DNA of 64,000 bases from a virus. Its lineage: Duplodnaviria; Heunggongvirae; Uroviricota; Caudoviricetes. Every line of letters begins with the position of its first letter. The first letter of the stretch is position 1. Both the position numbers and the translations under genes were made by a program. The stretch covers positions 36,145 through 100,144 of IMG/VR virus record IMGVR_UViG_3300019935_000001; one strand, 5' to 3'. Shown piece after piece: positions 55,346-63,713 of this stretch. The notes under the pieces were generated by a model. That model was not told the origin of the DNA. It was given only the letters and a program-made list of their open reading frames with translations, and ran no database searches.

Positions 55346-56185
55346 TTGGTAACAATGAAAATCAGAAGACTGAAGATCAACAACTTCCGGGCATTCGGCC
55401 AGTTTGAATGCGAGTTCGAGCCTGGGATCACCGTTCTGACAGGGCTGAACAGCTCAGGAAAAACAGCGGTTCTGAAAGCCATCATCGTGGCAGCTGGCCA
55501 GGACAGAAAGATTCAGACTTCTGATATTCGCCAGACTCGTTCCTCTGCAGGTTCGGGTCTGATCTCTACAGAGCACCACCTTCCTGTGAACATTGAGGTG
55601 TGGGAAGACAGCGACACAGACCCGATCCTGGTCGCATCCCGTCAAAAGCTGAAAGGCAGAACCTCTCAAGCCGGATACATTGGCCCAATCTGCTACTACG
55701 ACAGTGGCAGGCGGAATATCGACAATCCCTCACCTGAATCCCTGGCCCTGGCCAGACAGGCACTGGACATCGTTCTGGAGCCTGTTGGCTGGAGCAACGT
55801 GCGGTACATTCCCGGTATCGATCAGATCTGTGCAGACCATGACGCTCAGGGTACAGCCCCAGTGGCCGCAATAGGTGGAATCGGAAGTGTCATTGATATG
55901 GTGGCCGGGATCGCCCAGCAGGGCAGCCAGCTGGCTTTGATCGACGGGATAGATTTACACCTGCACCCCAAATGGCAGCAGATGATCCTGCCTGGTCTGG
56001 CAGCGGCCTTTCCCGATCTGCAGCTTATCGTGACGACTCACAGCCCATTAGTGCTGTCTACTGTGAGCCGGAGTCAGATCCGGGTGCTTCCAGATTTCGG
56101 AAATGGAGAGTGCGCAACCGTCCCAGCATGTGAGACGCTGGGCAAAGCCTGCGACGACCTGCTCACTGAGGCGATGGGAAATTAA
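55346..56185 (+). CDS. AAA_21/ABC-type (SMC/RecF-like head) ATPase, 279 aa, with Walker-B Glu replaced by Gly
   Basis: N-terminal IRRLKINNFRAFG..LTGLNSSGKT (Walker A). LALIDGIDLHLHP (Walker B, with D-G where AAA_21 has D-E). H-loop TTHSPLVL. Confidence 0.65.
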   Translation: MVTMKIRRLKINNFRAFGQFECEFEPGITVLTGLNSSGKTAVLKAIIVAAGQDRKIQTSDIRQTRSSAGSGLISTEHHLPVNIEVWEDSDTDPILVASRQKLKGRTSQAGYIGPICYYDSGRRNIDNPSPESLALARQALDIVLEPVGWSNVRYIPGIDQICADHDAQGTAPVAAIGGIGSVIDMVAGIAQQGSQLALIDGIDLHLHPKWQQMILPGLAAAFPDLQLIVTTHSPLVLSTVSRSQIRVLPDFGNGECATVPACETLGKACDDLLTEAMGN

Positions 56186-56299
56186 CCAAACAGATTACAG
56201 CAGGCCAGCGGCTTGACGGCAGCTGCGCTCAAGAATTGTTAATACTTTCACCCCAACCAAAAACCTGCATGGCAGAGTACATTCCGAATATAGAGTCCT

Positions 56300-56503
56300 C
56301 TATCGACCATCGTCAGTGCTCACTTTTTTCTTGCTGGACGAGTCAAGTATCTCTTGGCTCAGTACCGACGTAAATGCACTATAGAAGTCCGCTTCAAACT
56401 TGCTCATGTTTGTATCAGCGTCAATGTCCTTTACATTGACACCAACAATAGGCCTGCTTGCAAAAAACTCAAATTTCATCTTTACCTTCCTTTGGTTTGA
56501 CAA
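56300..56503 (-). CDS. Hypothetical small protein downstream of pemK
   Basis: 67 aa. RBS AAGGAAGG before the ATG. Confidence 0.3.
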   Translation of the reverse strand: MSNQRKVKMKFEFFASRPIVGVNVKDIDADTNMSKFEADFYSAFTSVLSQEILDSSSKKKVSTDDGR

Positions 56504-56520
56504 AACAAGCCTCTATGCTC

Positions 56521-56892
56521 CTACTCAGCTAGATATTTTTCAAGTATCTCTGGTATACCCAGGCTTATAGCCAGCTTCAGAAGGGACTCTTCCAGAACCT
56601 CCGGCTCTGCCTTTACTGCGAACTCAACCTTCCGAGCCTTCCAGTCAAAGGTCTGTGGCATGTTGGAAACAACAACGCAGGCCTGGTCCAGATTGTTGAC
56701 CTTCACCTCTTCAGTGCCACCGTAAATCGAAGTGCTCACCGGCAGCACAGTGGCGCGTCCGGATTTGTTTTGTTCCTTTGTTGAGATAACAAGTGCGGGC
56801 CTGCGCTTGCCAATCTCTTTTCCTGCCTTCGGGTCAAACGTCACGATTACTAAATCGCCCTGACCCGGGATGTATCGACTTACCGATCCCAT
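56521..56892 (-). CDS. pemK: PemK/Kid/MazF-family endoribonuclease toxin
   Basis: 123 aa. GDLVIVTFDPKAGKEIGKRRPALVIS parallels Kid GEIWLVSLDPTAGHEQQGTRPVLIVT. Confidence 0.8.
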   Translation of the reverse strand: MGSVSRYIPGQGDLVIVTFDPKAGKEIGKRRPALVISTKEQNKSGRATVLPVSTSIYGGTEEVKVNNLDQACVVVSNMPQTFDWKARKVEFAVKAEPEVLEESLLKLAISLGIPEILEKYLAE

Positions 56893-57167
56893 TCTGTCTC
56901 CACAGTTTCAAATAGATCGTCAGCCCGAAGGTTAGCCGGAGTCATCCCCGCAATCAGTTCATCCTGAGTGAAGGGAAGTTTATACCTCGGCTTCGCGCGC
57001 GGCGTGACAGCCTTAATGATGATCTCAGTACCTTGCGCCGCGATTTCTACTTCAGCGCCTTTTGTGATACCGGCTCTTTTCATCAGCGCAGCGGGCAGCC
57101 TAATAGCAGAGCTGTTGCCCCACTGACTGACCTGGCCAATGACCCTTCGGGTTTCTCGTGTCGCCAT
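56880..57167 (-). CDS. pemI: PemI/Kis/MazE-family antitoxin (AbrB/SpoVT fold)
   Basis: 95 aa. WGNSSAIRLPAA swapped-hairpin motif. Overlaps pemK by 13 nt. Confidence 0.75.
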   Translation of the reverse strand: MATRETRRVIGQVSQWGNSSAIRLPAALMKRAGITKGAEVEIAAQGTEIIIKAVTPRAKPRYKLPFTQDELIAGMTPANLRADDLFETVETEWDR

Positions 57168-57254
57168 GAAAATTCTTGCCCATCTGGTTAATGCGGAAAA
57201 TAGCCCCTGCCAGCGAACAACGCTTCAGGCTATTAATCGGGTCTTTTTAGATCG

Positions 57255-57285
57255 CCCGACTTGTATATACAAGTATATACGTTTT
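57255..57285. promoter_or_regulatory. Palindromic operator candidates upstream of pemI (TTGTATATACAA and GTATATAC)
   Basis: Perfect 12-bp palindrome plus an adjacent 8-bp palindrome in the pemIK promoter region. TA complexes typically autoregulate through such sites. Confidence 0.5.
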
Positions 57286-57295
57286 GATCTTCGGA

Positions 57296-58270
57296 TCAAG
57301 AAGAGGTTGATTCTTCCGCATCCGGTATGCGCTGCTCCAGATTCTTGATGGTTGCCAGGTGAGCCCGGATTTCTTCCTTCAATTGATCGACAGTTTCTCT
57401 GGCCTGATCCCGCTGGTTTGCTGCGATGTCGAGCCGGGTGTTCAGGCTGCTGATCTGCTCGCTCTGGCTATCGATACGCTCACTGAGACTTTTCTTAACC
57501 ATCTCGTGACCAGATGTCAGCTCAGCAAGTAGGGTCGCATGAGCGTCTTTGGTTTCGGCAAGGACTTGGCTGTGCATCTCTCTCAGCTCCTCCTTCTGGT
57601 CGGTCATGGCCATCTGGCGCTCTGTCTCCAGGGATCTGCAGTGCAGCTCGTGCTTTCCTGTTAGGTCTGCCAATTCATTCCGCGCTACCTGAAGCTGGGC
57701 CTCAGCGGTCTGTGCCCTGGCCTGCACCTTGTCGTGCCGCTCGCCCACTGTTTTGAGTTGCCCCTGCAGCTCGCTTATGGTGCGGAGATTGCCGCTCTCT
57801 GTACGTTGGAGCGCCTGCACTGCTGCCTCCCGCTCCTCTAACGTTTTGCCAAGGCTGTCTACTTTCGCCTCCAGCTCTGACACTGCATCAGCTGCATCAG
57901 AAAGCTCTGCCTCTGCACTCTCTTGCCTCTCGCGTGCATCCTTGACGGCCTCCGTTGTACGCCGCTCAGCGGTCATCACGGCGATATGGTTGACCCGGAC
58001 TGCCATCGCTCGCATCTGATCGCCCATGCCAGTGACCACTTCCTCAAGCGTCTCCATCACATCGACCGGAAGTTCATGCACCAGTTCAGCTTCTGCAGCT
58101 TCGCTGACCTCCCCAGTTTCGTGACCTTCCCAGATAGCCTTGATGCGCTGGACGTTTCCTCCACCCATGTGGTTTCGGATACCAAAAGCGGTGACGCGCT
58201 TACCCTCTTGCTGCAGCCGGACTCCGGCCTCCACGATCATGTCATCTGTAAATTCCGCTGGCCGTGCCAT
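57296..58270 (-). CDS. kfrA: KfrA-like plasmid protein (N-terminal DNA-binding domain plus long coiled coil)
   Basis: 324 aa. N-terminus MARPAEFTDDMIVEAGVRLQQEGKRVTAFGIRNHMGGGNVQRIKAIWEGH resembles the KfrA_N domain. The remainder is Ala/Glu/Gln-rich coiled coil. Confidence 0.6.
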   Translation of the reverse strand: MARPAEFTDDMIVEAGVRLQQEGKRVTAFGIRNHMGGGNVQRIKAIWEGHETGEVSEAAEAELVHELPVDVMETLEEVVTGMGDQMRAMAVRVNHIAVMTAERRTTEAVKDARERQESAEAELSDAADAVSELEAKVDSLGKTLEEREAAVQALQRTESGNLRTISELQGQLKTVGERHDKVQARAQTAEAQLQVARNELADLTGKHELHCRSLETERQMAMTDQKEELREMHSQVLAETKDAHATLLAELTSGHEMVKKSLSERIDSQSEQISSLNTRLDIAANQRDQARETVDQLKEEIRAHLATIKNLEQRIPDAEESTSS

Positions 58271-58330
<60 letters not shown>

Positions 58331-58355
58331 GTGTAATGCCGACGGGAGAGGACAG

Positions 58356-59069
58356 CTAATTCCCTTGAGAGCGGCTTCTTTCTATCCTTCTACTGCGCTC
58401 TATCTCCCAATCATCAACAGGGTCTGACTTTGCCCAAGCATCAAACAGCTTTCGCTGCTTCTTGCTGATTCGAATCCCATACTTCTCTGACATATAAAAA
58501 TATGTCCGGGCTATATCCCCACGAATGTGGGGGGCTGGCTCAACAATTCTGGACTTGAAGTCAACTTCAACATCGCATGCGCCATATACGCGACGCTCAC
58601 CCGCGATCATTCCATATCGGTAGTTTGACCGATCACCATTAACTTCACCGATGGCCGGTACTAAATTGTACATGTCAGCCTCCATTTTCTTGAACCGGGC
58701 ATCTTTCCGACAGGCTTTTCGCCCCCCTTCTTGCCAACACTGTAATTGGTGACCAAATTCCCATGCAGGCACCAAATGCTCCCACTCTATCCGGGCCGCC
58801 CTCTTCGCTTGCTTTCGAGGTGTATAACCGCAGCTTTCCCAGTTTGGGGTCAGGTGTTTTCTGGAGCTCCCAGGCTTGTTCTTTAGGGAGTAATCACAGC
58901 CACAGTAGAACGAAACTTGATGGTCAGCATATATCTGCTTGGCGAGAATCTTTTTAGACTTAGAAAACGAGGGGTCTGCAGCTACCACTGAAGGTAGAGC
59001 AAACAAAATAATGCAGGTAACAATCTTAATCTTCATCCAGCAGCCTTCCCTTATCCGCTCATTAGACAA
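58356..59069 (-). CDS. endA: Secreted endonuclease I (EndA/Vvn/Dns family)
   Basis: Signal peptide [19 protein letters not shown] (translation probably starts at this Met, nt 59036). Endonuclease-I hallmarks [19 protein letters not shown]. Confidence 0.8.
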   Translation of the reverse strand: MSNERIREGCWMKIKIVTCIILFALPSVVAADPSFSKSKKILAKQIYADHQVSFYCGCDYSLKNKPGSSRKHLTPNWESCGYTPRKQAKRAARIEWEHLVPAWEFGHQLQCWQEGGRKACRKDARFKKMEADMYNLVPAIGEVNGDRSNYRYGMIAGERRVYGACDVEVDFKSRIVEPAPHIRGDIARTYFYMSEKYGIRISKKQRKLFDAWAKSDPVDDWEIERSRRIERSRSQGN

Positions 59070-59114
59070 TCCTGTGCTGCAGTATAACCAAACGCGAATG
59101 TACTTCGAGCGGGC

Positions 59115-59142
59115 ACAAAAAAGGGGCCTCGCAAGGCCCCGT
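59115..59142 (-). terminator. Rho-independent terminator between the palindromic element and endA
   Basis: GGGGCCT-CGCA-AGGCCCC hairpin with a U7 run on the minus strand. Confidence 0.65.
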
Positions 59143-59204
59143 CAGGAATCGTAATGGCAAATCAGAAACGCATAGCAACAAACATCTGTGGTCGCAGGAC
59201 TAAA

Positions 59205-59226
59205 TATAAGTCAGTTCTGACTTAGT
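59205..59226. promoter_or_regulatory. Palindromic promoter/operator element (ATATAAGTCAGTTCTGACTTAG)
   Basis: Perfect 8-bp arms TAAGTCAG/CTGACTTA. Confidence 0.5.
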
Positions 59227-59248
59227 TTCAAGCGACTTTTGTTGCCTA

Positions 59249-59722
59249 TCAATCTATCGAGAACGTCGAGGAGTCAGACGAACCCCCTGGTCCGCTGCCA
59301 GAGCAACTACCAGTCCAACCAGAAGCCCCCAGGGTACATGAAGATTCGCTGGAGCTGCCGGATTCGCTAGCTCGACTGCTGGAGCTATTAGAGGATGGCA
59401 TTATCCCGGCTGCAACGGAAGCAGTATCCATAACATCATCTTCACGCTGGCTGCGACGCTCCTCCCGCCCCCGGCGGCGTGCCCTCGCCTGTTGCAATTC
59501 GGCCTGGCGAGACGCTTCTGCCTTGCGAGCTTTGCGGCCCTTTCGGCTAAAGCGGGACAGTATGAAGCTATTGAGAGCCTGACGCTTCGCACCTGTCTTG
59601 TAACACCAGTCCGGATCGGCCTTGTCCTTTCGACTGATGATCCACAGCGCGGTAGCGGCGATAACCCAGAGGCCAACCATGAAGTAAGGCAGTACAGAAC
59701 CTGGATTAAGTACGGTTTCCAT
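59249..59722 (-). CDS. Hypothetical membrane-anchored protein with basic and Ser-rich tail
   Basis: 157 aa with N-terminal TM helix. Confidence 0.4.
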   Translation of the reverse strand: METVLNPGSVLPYFMVGLWVIAATALWIISRKDKADPDWCYKTGAKRQALNSFILSRFSRKGRKARKAEASRQAELQQARARRRGREERRSQREDDVMDTASVAAGIMPSSNSSSSRASESGSSSESSCTLGASGWTGSCSGSGPGGSSDSSTFSID

Positions 59723-59734
59723 ATTATTTCCCTC

Positions 59735-60058
59735 TTAATGAAATGAGCCTGGCAGTTGGCCCAAGGCACCATACTTGTCGTTGAACCAGCGGGCGACACG
59801 AGCCACCGCCGGCTTATCAAGGCGCTTATTGCCAGAGTAGCTCTTCACGGCCTGCTCCAGCAGGTGCATCAGGGACTGCTCCTGGGCAAATTCATCGGGC
59901 GCCAGAGGGTCAGGCATTAGCACGACTGGACACTGACCGTACTTTTCAGCGTATTGTTTCGCAATGGCATCGACTGGGTGCGTCTGCGCCTCCTGGGATT
60001 CTGGCATGTGCGCCGGTGCTGTTTCGATTGCTTGTGGGTTTTCAATTTCGTTGCTCAT
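59735..60058 (-). CDS. Hypothetical protein
   Basis: Start moved to the internal ATG (60058) after the upstream gene stop. RBS GAGAGAAAG. Confidence 0.35.
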   Translation of the reverse strand: MSNEIENPQAIETAPAHMPESQEAQTHPVDAIAKQYAEKYGQCPVVLMPDPLAPDEFAQEQSLMHLLEQAVKSYSGNKRLDKPAVARVARWFNDKYGALGQLPGSFH

Positions 60059-60068
60059 AGGCTTTCTC

Positions 60069-60638
60069 TCAGCTTCTAACTTTGCGAGCAGCCAACTGCT
60101 GCATCGCTGATTTCTTGGTGGATTTCTTGACCATGCCAATCACCTTGTCCCGGTGGGGCTTATGTGCCAGGTTGAGCAGGGGCACGTTGCCCAGCTCGGC
60201 GACCCGGACCTGAAAGGCGATCTCTTTCGGAGTGGCTGCGGTCAGGGTAGAAATAGAATAGGCCCCGTCAGCCGACCAGATCACGATCATTCGTGAAGGG
60301 GCCAGTGTCTCAGGGCCAAAGGTTCGCGCAACGGCAACCCGAGCCAGGCTCCGGTCGGATTCGGACATCTCAACCATGCCAGGGATCATGCGGATTGCCT
60401 TCTGGTGTGTACTGGGCGAATCAGCACTCAGAGACAGGAGGTGACTACCCTCCCCGTCTGGAATAATGAAGTGGCCTTCCTGTACCGCGGCTTCCATAGC
60501 AGCTTCGCTCATTCGATCAGAACCAGCCCGCAACTGGTAACCACGCTTGCGCATTCGCTCGGCAAAGTGCGCCATCAGCTTTACCAGCTTGTCTGGCGAG
60601 CCCTTACTGCTCGCCACGGTGTAGAAGGCCCCACTCAT
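60069..60638 (-). CDS. Hypothetical protein (possible Rossmann/SLOG-like fold)
   Basis: 189 aa. No confident family assignment. Confidence 0.4.
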   Translation of the reverse strand: MSGAFYTVASSKGSPDKLVKLMAHFAERMRKRGYQLRAGSDRMSEAAMEAAVQEGHFIIPDGEGSHLLSLSADSPSTHQKAIRMIPGMVEMSESDRSLARVAVARTFGPETLAPSRMIVIWSADGAYSISTLTAATPKEIAFQVRVAELGNVPLLNLAHKPHRDKVIGMVKKSTKKSAMQQLAARKVRS

Positions 60639-60919
60639 GCGCCCAGGTCGCCAGCAATGAGCCGTTCGATCTGCTCAGGCGTCAGGTTGCTCATGGCACG
60701 CTTCACCTGCTCTTGGCGTTGCCGCTCTTTGGCCTTTGATACCTTCAGGCGGGTAACGTGGCGGCGGGCAGCCTCACCCATCTTCTGGGAGTCAGCGATA
60801 CCGACCAGGAAGTTAAATACCTCGTCATTGGACGGAAAGCCCCAGGCTTCCCGCAGCTCGCCAACCTTGGCTCGGTTGGCTTCGGTGATTCGCAGAGAGG
60901 TGCGGTTCTCCTTGCTCAT
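60635..60919 (-). CDS. Hypothetical protein
   Basis: 94 aa. Coupled with its neighbours. Confidence 0.4.
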   Translation of the reverse strand: MSKENRTSLRITEANRAKVGELREAWGFPSNDEVFNFLVGIADSQKMGEAARRHVTRLKVSKAKERQRQEQVKRAMSNLTPEQIERLIAGDLGA

Positions 60920-61149
60920 TTCACCACCTTCACCAGCTGATCGAAGCCGCCGATGAACTCGTCATCAACGAAGACTGCAGGGAACGTACTGAAGCCCGGT
61001 GTCTTCTGCTGCAGCTCTTCCAGCTGATAGTCTGAGCCCAGCTGCAGGTATGTGTAGTCGAGGTCGCGGATGTCGCAGACCTGCTTTGCATTGTCACAGT
61101 ACGGGCAAGAGGTCTTGCCGTAGATTTCAATCTTCATATGGTTCCTCAA
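60916..61149 (-). CDS. Glutaredoxin (NrdH/Grx-like)
   Basis: 77 aa. Active-site CPYC near the N-terminus (KIEIYGKTSCPYCDNAK). Confidence 0.75.
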   Translation of the reverse strand: MRNHMKIEIYGKTSCPYCDNAKQVCDIRDLDYTYLQLGSDYQLEELQQKTPGFSTFPAVFVDDEFIGGFDQLVKVVK

Positions 61150-62858
61150 ACGGCCTGGAAGCCGTACTTCTGAAAGTTGAAAGGTGCCTTGACGACGTTT
61201 TCGGCAAAGCCCGGTGTAGAGTTGACGATCTCCCGGCGGGCCATTGCGTGGCCTTTCAGGTGCTTGTTGTCGCCATCTTCAAAGTCGATGATGAAGCAGA
61301 CATTCGGGCCAGACTTCTTCGCTCGAAGGCCACGACCGATACGCTGGCGCATTGCCACTTCTGCTTTGCCACCACCGGCCAGAATCACCATTCCGACAGC
61401 AGGCACATCGACACCGACATCCAGGATGGTCGAACCGATCAGGACATCGATCCTTCCGGCTCCCAGATTGTCCAGGGAAGACTGGCGGCTATCCTGCCTG
61501 TGCTCACCACTGATGAACTCGGCGTTCAGCCCGGCTGCTTTCAGCATCTTCAGGAGGCGTTTGCCGTGGGCTGTGTGCTGGATCAGGATCATCACTGGCA
61601 GGCCGTACTTCTTAGCCCGCTGAGCTTCGGAAACGATGAAGGCATTCCGGCCGTCACTCTCAACCACACCGACCTTATAAGCCCGCTGCCAGGGTGTACC
61701 CCGGAACAGGGTTTTAGGTTTTTCAGCGCTGTGGTAGTAGAAATACGGTTTGGCCAGGATGCCTTTGTCGATCAGGTCTTTCTCGCTGATCTGAATGCCG
61801 ATAGGTCCGGTAACGGCCATAAGGCGCATGTTGGCCTCTTCGTCATCCTTCATGAACGGAGTGGCAGTCAGGGCCATCCTGTAAACAGCGTTATGGCACT
61901 GATTCAGGATGTCGTAGAAGCCGTTACCGGATACCTCGTGCGCTTCCTCCAGGGTCACAAACTCCATGGAGCGAAGGAACTCGATAGTTTCGGCACGGCG
62001 ATCAGCCTGACGTTGGACGGCGGCCTTGGCCTTTTTGGCAATCTCTTCGTGCGGGTACTTCGAGCGAACCTTCTTTTCGATGGACTGACGGTACGCTTTG
62101 ATCTGATCCCGAATGTGCTGAGGGGCAATCTTCAGGGCCTGATCGGACGTTGGCAGGTTTTTCTTCTTGAAAATGGTTTCGACAGTCTCTGTGACCTCTT
62201 TTTCGATGGCCTCCAGCTGCTTATCGACCTCCTTTTCAAAAGTCTTCTTCTCCAGTCGTGATGTCAGCGTATCCACGATGGCGAAGTTGATACCGGCCGG
62301 TTCCGGGTTCCACGTTCCGTCACCCAGGATGCCGATCGGTCGATTCTGCTCGCCCATTTGAGCGGCCATCTGGTACATCAGGGACTTCCGGGTCGTGATA
62401 AACAGAGTCGGTCGGTAGATGCGAGCACATGCAAGGCGGAAGATGCGGGACTTACCACCACCGGTGGCCACCCGGGCGATCATCGCCTTCAGATTCACCA
62501 GACGGCGAACCGTATCGAGCTGATATGCGTAGTTCGGATTCTCCGGGAAGTTATCGACCTTCGGGTTTTCCGGCCCCAGGGGCTCGGGAACCGACTTTCT
62601 GACAACCTTCGTGCGAACGCCGCGGGTTTCCAGCTTCTTTTTGATGTAGCGAACGAAGCCCGCCGGGAACGAATCCGTTTTCATCTGATAGAACGAGCTG
62701 TGACCGTCCCAGGAGCCGTTACTGAACATACTTGTGTGCTCGGCACCGGCCACCTTGTACGTCAGCAGATCACTGACGAGCAGACGCACATCGCGATCTG
62801 GGTTAACCAGCTTGGCGACAACTGCGTTGTGCTTGATTGTGGCGATTTTTCCTTTCAT
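61146..62858 (-). CDS. Superfamily-2 DEAH-box DNA helicase (UvsW-like)
   Basis: 570 aa. Motif I TGGGKS, motif II LEEAHE, motif III LTATP. C-terminal helicase domain. Confidence 0.8.
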   Translation of the reverse strand: MKGKIATIKHNAVVAKLVNPDRDVRLLVSDLLTYKVAGAEHTSMFSNGSWDGHSSFYQMKTDSFPAGFVRYIKKKLETRGVRTKVVRKSVPEPLGPENPKVDNFPENPNYAYQLDTVRRLVNLKAMIARVATGGGKSRIFRLACARIYRPTLFITTRKSLMYQMAAQMGEQNRPIGILGDGTWNPEPAGINFAIVDTLTSRLEKKTFEKEVDKQLEAIEKEVTETVETIFKKKNLPTSDQALKIAPQHIRDQIKAYRQSIEKKVRSKYPHEEIAKKAKAAVQRQADRRAETIEFLRSMEFVTLEEAHEVSGNGFYDILNQCHNAVYRMALTATPFMKDDEEANMRLMAVTGPIGIQISEKDLIDKGILAKPYFYYHSAEKPKTLFRGTPWQRAYKVGVVESDGRNAFIVSEAQRAKKYGLPVMILIQHTAHGKRLLKMLKAAGLNAEFISGEHRQDSRQSSLDNLGAGRIDVLIGSTILDVGVDVPAVGMVILAGGGKAEVAMRQRIGRGLRAKKSGPNVCFIIDFEDGDNKHLKGHAMARREIVNSTPGFAENVVKAPFNFQKYGFQAV

Positions 62859-62913
62859 TTCGGGCCTGTCTGGTGTCTGGACGCCTTGCCATTGGAAAGG
62901 CTTATAGAAATAA

Positions 62914-62937
62914 TAGTAAGTCAGTCCTTACTTATAG
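62914..62937. promoter_or_regulatory. Palindromic promoter/operator element (TAGTAAGTCAGTCCTTACTTATAG) in a divergent region
   Basis: Between the minus-strand helicase start (62858) and the plus-strand gene at 62962. Confidence 0.5.
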
Positions 62938-62961
62938 TAAACACATTGTATCGAGTGACAT

Positions 62962-63648
62962 ATGGAAAAACTACATCTCACCTACGCAGACCCAGCTGAT
63001 CTCCAAGAAAATCCATGGAATCCGAACGAAATGGACGCCATCAATGAGGGAAAGCTGGAGAACTCTATCGACGAGCTGGGCTTTGTAAGCCCAATCAAGG
63101 TACGAGAGCTGGAAGACGGCACTCTGCAGATCATTGGCGGCCAGCACCGGAGCCGCTACGCCCTGCGCAACAACATGAATCAGGTGCCAGTGATCAACTT
63201 TGGCCGAATCAGCGACGACATGGCCCAGAAGATTGGCCTCGTGGATAACGGCCGCTATGGCGAAGACAACCTGGACAAATTGAACGCCTTGTTCGTTGAG
63301 GCCGGTTGGTCGCAGGACGAAATCATCAACATCATGCCGATGGATGAATCCGACTTTGAAAACATCTTTGCCCACTCCACCGAAGAGCTGGATCTGGATG
63401 ACCTGATGGGCGGGATCGAAGACGAGGAGCAGGATGCGGAAGCCGCGGTCATCGACACCGACATGCCAGCTGTGAAAACGCACCAGATCATGCGCTTCAA
63501 GGTGCCAGTTGAAGACGCCCCGGCCATCCAGGCTTTCATTTCCCGACTCCAGCGCGAGCAGGGGTTCACCGATTCTGACCAGCTGACCAACGCAGGCGAT
63601 GCCCTGGTGTATGGCCTTGGTACCCACCCGGAGTTCGACCGTGATTAA
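62962..63648 (+). CDS. ParB-like nuclease (ParB/Srx-fold) domain protein
   Basis: 228 aa. N-terminal ParB-N-like block ..IKVRELEDGTLQIIGGQHRSRYAL.. and an acidic C-terminal half. Confidence 0.55.
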   Translation: MEKLHLTYADPADLQENPWNPNEMDAINEGKLENSIDELGFVSPIKVRELEDGTLQIIGGQHRSRYALRNNMNQVPVINFGRISDDMAQKIGLVDNGRYGEDNLDKLNALFVEAGWSQDEIINIMPMDESDFENIFAHSTEELDLDDLMGGIEDEEQDAEAAVIDTDMPAVKTHQIMRFKVPVEDAPAIQAFISRLQREQGFTDSDQLTNAGDALVYGLGTHPEFDRD

Positions 63649-63713
63649 CCAGAACTATTTCACTGGCTGGCGCCATCAGTGCAGCGACGATACTGACCAT
63701 GGGGTGTGCGACT

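Noticed and set aside
54976-55485. Minus-strand ORFs inside the DGQHR-ATPase module (53806..54369, 54855..55199, 54976..55485)
   Set aside because: Antisense to the coupled plus-strand trio, with no start signals.
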